DNA of 64,000 bases, taken from an uncultured Candidatus Saccharibacteria bacterium. Its GTDB lineage: Bacteria; Patescibacteriota; Saccharimonadia; Saccharimonadales; JALRHH01. Position 1 is the first letter of the stretch. Each line of letters starts with the position of its first letter. The translations under genes and the position numbers were made by a program. The notes below the pieces were generated by a model. The model saw nothing but the letters and a program-made list of their open reading frames with translations, was not told the DNA's origin and ran no database searches. Below are positions 62,908 to 64,000 of the stretch, piece after piece. The stretch lies in assembly GCA_964639295.1 (NCBI GenBank), contig CAZXDT010000002.1, positions 2,609-66,608 of the forward strand. Direction: 5' to 3'.

Positions 62908-64000
62908 ATGTCATCTCCAAAGATTAAGTTACTATTCGATGTCAGCCCACTTACAAACAGCAGGAAGTCTGGTGTTGGATTCTATACAGAAAGACTCCTG
63001 CACGCCCTAGCGACCCGGTATCCGAATGAACTTCACATAGTTGGCCACTACTTTAACTTTCTTGACAGAAAGGACGTAGCTCTTCCTGGCTACCCAAATG
63101 TAGAATATCGCCGTACTAAATACTTTCCTTCTAAATTGATCAACATCATGCGTCGTTTTGGCATAGAACCCCCTATTGAGCTATTCTTACGCTATAAGGG
63201 TAACTTTATTATCTACCCTAACTTCACGAGCTACCCATCTCTTAGACACACCCCATCTGCAGCTGTCATCCATGACCTTGGTTACCTGGATTGTCCGGAA
63301 TACCTACAAGCACCTAACCGAAGATTCCTGGAACGATACGTACCAAGATCCCTCAAGCGCACACGTTTCACCATTACGATATCGAAGGTAACTCAGAACG
63401 CCCTGGTAAAACACTACGGTATTGCCAATGATGATTTTCTAATTACACCCATTCCAGTCCCGGCCACTAATGTACAGCCTACCCAGCCAAAAGTTGTAAC
63501 TGGCAAATTCATACTATTCATCGGCACCCTTGAGCCAAGAAAGAATTTTATAAACCTTGTGCGAGCATACATGTTGTTACCAGAAAATGTACGCAATGAG
63601 TACGGTCTCGTACTTGCAGGAGGTACTGGTTGGCACGTGAAGCAAGAAATGGACGAAATAGAGCAACTCCAAAATGACGGTGCAAATATTACGACCACGG
63701 GGTACTTCTCTGATAGCGAGAAGGAATGGATGCTCAAAAACGCAGCCCTATTTGTCCAGCCATCTCACTACGAAGGCTTTGGTATGCCTATTCTTGAGGC
63801 TATGGATGCGGGCCTACCTACTTTAGTAAGTGATATAGAGATTTTTCACGAAGTAAGCGATGACGCAAGCCTGTTTTTTGACCAAGACGAACCACAATCT
63901 ATTGCTGATGCAATTTCCAAAGTTATAAATGATCCTGAGTTGCAACAAAAACTCCGTAAGTTAGGTCACGAACAAACAAAGAAACATGATTGGAATACTA
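62908..64000 (+). CDS. Glycosyltransferase family 4 (3' end cut by window edge)
   Basis: This gene is not in the ORF track because no stop occurs before the window end. I read the frame through by eye without a stop: MSSPKIKLLFDVSPLTNSRKSGVGFYTERLL...FVQPSHYEGFGMPILEAMDAGLPTLVS (EX7E). Confidence 0.85.
   Translation, partial: MSSPKIKLLFDVSPLTNSRKSGVGFYTERLLHALATRYPNELHIVGHYFNFLDRKDVALPGYPNVEYRRTKYFPSKLINIMRRFGIEPPIELFLRYKGNFIIYPNFTSYPSLRHTPSAAVIHDLGYLDCPEYLQAPNRRFLERYVPRSLKRTRFTITISKVTQNALVKHYGIANDDFLITPIPVPATNVQPTQPKVVTGKFILFIGTLEPRKNFINLVRAYMLLPENVRNEYGLVLAGGTGWHVKQEMDEIEQLQNDGANITTTGYFSDSEKEWMLKNAALFVQPSHYEGFGMPILEAMDAGLPTLVSDIEIFHEVSDDASLFFDQDEPQSIADAISKVINDPELQQKLRKLGHEQTKKHDWNT

Noticed and set aside
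1-64000. I searched the whole window for CRISPR repeats, transposase or integrase genes, long terminal inverted repeats, reverse transcriptase/DGR template-variable repeat pairs, and rRNA or tRNA genes.
   Set aside because: I found none by eye. The only dispersed repeats are the structured elements and the promoter/leader module reported above.

Overview
This is a gene-dense 64-kb chromosomal window with about 64 protein-coding genes on both strands, short spacers and many 1-20 nt start/stop overlaps. I found no rRNA, tRNA, CRISPR array, transposase, integrase or phage genes. From 1 to about 39.5 kb it carries housekeeping and envelope functions: a Crp/Fnr regulator, SDR, FMN reductase, two ABC-2 exporters, Dus, MFS, a MurC-like ligase, a histidine kinase with a receiver-only regulator, TsaC, MscS, MutY-like and AlkA-like glycosylases, a Pif1/RecD-like helicase, AspRS, a CNNM/CBS protein, a DsbA-like protein, a Kef-type antiporter, a NadD-like protein and UppP. 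These are interspersed with many membrane-anchored, low-complexity proteins I could not assign to a family, including two paralogous TolB-like beta-propeller proteins. From about 39.6 kb to the window end lies a ~24-kb glycan synthesis and export locus. It encodes GtrA, an initiating phosphoglycosyl transferase, several GT4/GT2 enzymes, an APH-like kinase, GlmS, GDP-mannose supply genes, a Wzm/Wzt ABC exporter whose Wzt has a C-terminal binding domain, two FkbM methyltransferases, a 703-aa GT-C/YfhO-like membrane protein, a Wzx-like flippase, a GtrB-like polyprenol-phosphate glycosyltransferase and WecB. The gene content fits a small-genome monoderm bacterium, possibly Saccharibacteria/CPR-like, but that is inference I cannot verify without a database search. 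Three non-coding signals stand out. (1) A family of + strand, heavily base-paired elements has compensatory substitutions and conserved G-U wobbles: two bipartite copies in 3' UTRs at 23.4 kb and 32.5 kb, and single-module copies at 8.3 kb and 11.1 kb. (2) A ~90-nt promoter/leader module is duplicated upstream of the histidine kinase gene and of a secreted coiled-coil protein gene. (3) A perfect 11-bp hairpin contains the Shine-Dalgarno-like sequence of a DUF1345-like gene. One well-supported 59-aa ORF is missing from the ORF track because it falls just under the size shown there (26454-26633). A 5'-complete glycosyltransferase gene runs off the right edge (62908 onward).
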